Both the position numbers and the translations under genes were made by a program. From NCBI GenBank assembly GCA_026389845.1, contig JAPLHB010000170.1, positions 41,368 to 105,367 on the forward strand: DNA of 64,000 nucleotides. The letters run 5' to 3'. Positions 63,203-64,000 of this stretch are shown here, in pieces. The notes under the pieces are model-generated. The model had not been told where the DNA came from, ran no database searches, and saw nothing but the letters and a program-made list of their open reading frames with translations. Each line of letters opens with the position of its first letter. The first letter of the stretch is position 1. The DNA comes from Chloroflexota bacterium. Its GTDB lineage: Bacteria > Chloroflexota > Anaerolineae > CG2-30-64-16.

Positions 63203-64000
63203 TTGAGCGTGTCTATTCGGTCAATCCTTGAATTCGTTGTTCTATCGCTGCTGATCGTCGCGCTGGTCGTTGGCCCTGCGCCAGCGACCGCGACGGTCGA
63301 AGAGCCGGTCCTCACCTGGCGCGTGCAGACGCCGGAATACCGGCTGGACGCCGTGGGCCTGACCGTGCCGGAGGCGGGCCGCCACGACGTCCCCGGCGCG
63401 CCGCTCCTGCCGGCCTGGGGCCGCTCGGTGGCGCTGCCGGCCATGGGCGCGCCGATCATCGCCTGGCAGGCCGCAACCGTGATCACCTTGACCGTCGCGG
63501 CGCCCCTGCCTGCGGCGCCCGTGCCCGACCCGACCTGGTCAGCCCTGGGGAGCGCCATGGAGCAGCAAGATGCGCTGGTGGCCGTGCCCCTGCTTGACCG
63601 GCCCGATCCGGCCATCTACACCTCGGACGCCTTCTACCCGGCCTCGCCGGTGCAGGCCGTGGGCGAGGGGTGGCAGAGGGGCGAGCGCCGCCTGTCGCTG
63701 CGGGTCTATCCCTTCCAATACAACCCGGCCGCGGGCCTGCTGCGCTACTACCCCGACCTGACCGTGACCGTGCGCGTGCCAACGGTCGTCACCACAGCCC
63801 AACCGGACGCGGTCAGCCTGCCCGCCGCGGGCCTGCCCTACACGATCAACCCCGCGGCCCAGTTCATCCCCGGCGGCGGGAGCGTGCGCATCCGTACCGC
63901 CGCGGCCGGCCTCTACCGCCTGACCTACGCCGACCTGGTGGCGGCCGGCGTGCCGCTCGCCAAAACCCCGGCCGCCCAGCTCGCCATCTCCTACGGCGGC
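63203..64000 (+). CDS. 5' part of a peptidase-C25 (gingipain)-like protein (propeptide region); continues past the window
   Basis: The frame is open from TTG 63203 or GTG 63209 to the end of the window. It has a signal anchor ILEFVVLSLLIVALVV, then ...RLSLRVYPFQYNPAAGLLRYYPDLTVTVRV, which resembles the C25 propeptide motif. Confidence 0.55.
   Translation, partial: MSVSIRSILEFVVLSLLIVALVVGPAPATATVEEPVLTWRVQTPEYRLDAVGLTVPEAGRHDVPGAPLLPAWGRSVALPAMGAPIIAWQAATVITLTVAAPLPAAPVPDPTWSALGSAMEQQDALVAVPLLDRPDPAIYTSDAFYPASPVQAVGEGWQRGERRLSLRVYPFQYNPAAGLLRYYPDLTVTVRVPTVVTTAQPDAVSLPAAGLPYTINPAAQFIPGGGSVRIRTAAAGLYRLTYADLVAAGVPLAKTPAAQLAISYGG

Overview
This is a high-G+C bacterial chromosome segment. Gene content and repeat style suggest a Chloroflexota-like organism, but that is inference only.

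Layout:
- The left 10 kb is housekeeping-like. It holds a TPR lipoprotein, an MBL hydrolase, a very large multidomain cell-wall hydrolase translationally coupled to scpA, an M20 hydrolase, a corrinoid protein and tRNA-Lys(CUU).
- From about 11.5 kb to about 60.4 kb nearly everything lies on the + strand. It forms one cell-envelope glycan megacluster with at least 13 glycosyltransferases (GT2, GT4, GT-C and GT-A types), four left-handed-beta-helix acetyltransferases and several SAM methyltransferases. It also carries a B12-binding radical SAM enzyme, three NAD-dependent epimerase/dehydratase genes (one a fragment), a cytidylyltransferase-phosphatase fusion, a BNR/sialidase-like protein, two Wzy/O-antigen-ligase-like proteins, Wzm/Wzt, a WbaP-like initiating transferase and a Wzc-like tyrosine kinase.
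- The right end holds an NTP_transf_5 protein, a small leader-like peptide gene, a large beta-helix surface protein and the start of a C25-peptidase-like gene.

Most unusual observations:
1. wzm and wzt are split by 7.3 kb. The gap contains four different toxin-antitoxin cassettes, each bounded by a decoy copy of the first ~90 nt of wzt. It also contains a duplicated promoter/leader module and ~95-bp flanking direct repeats.
2. A family of short-period (mostly 7-nt and 6-nt) tandem repeats sits at gene junctions and also in-frame inside many enzymes. These often appear as a purine-rich arm followed by a complementary arm.
3. There are MITE-like long-hairpin elements with covarying termini, and one solo 24-nt core unit inserted in a Walker A motif.
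4. Three genes have breaks that a single-nucleotide indel would repair.
5. An IS element lies next to a duplicated epimerase 5' end.
6. A self-contained antisense two-gene module has its own promoter and operator.

All calls come from reading the sequence and the ORF track. No searches were run.
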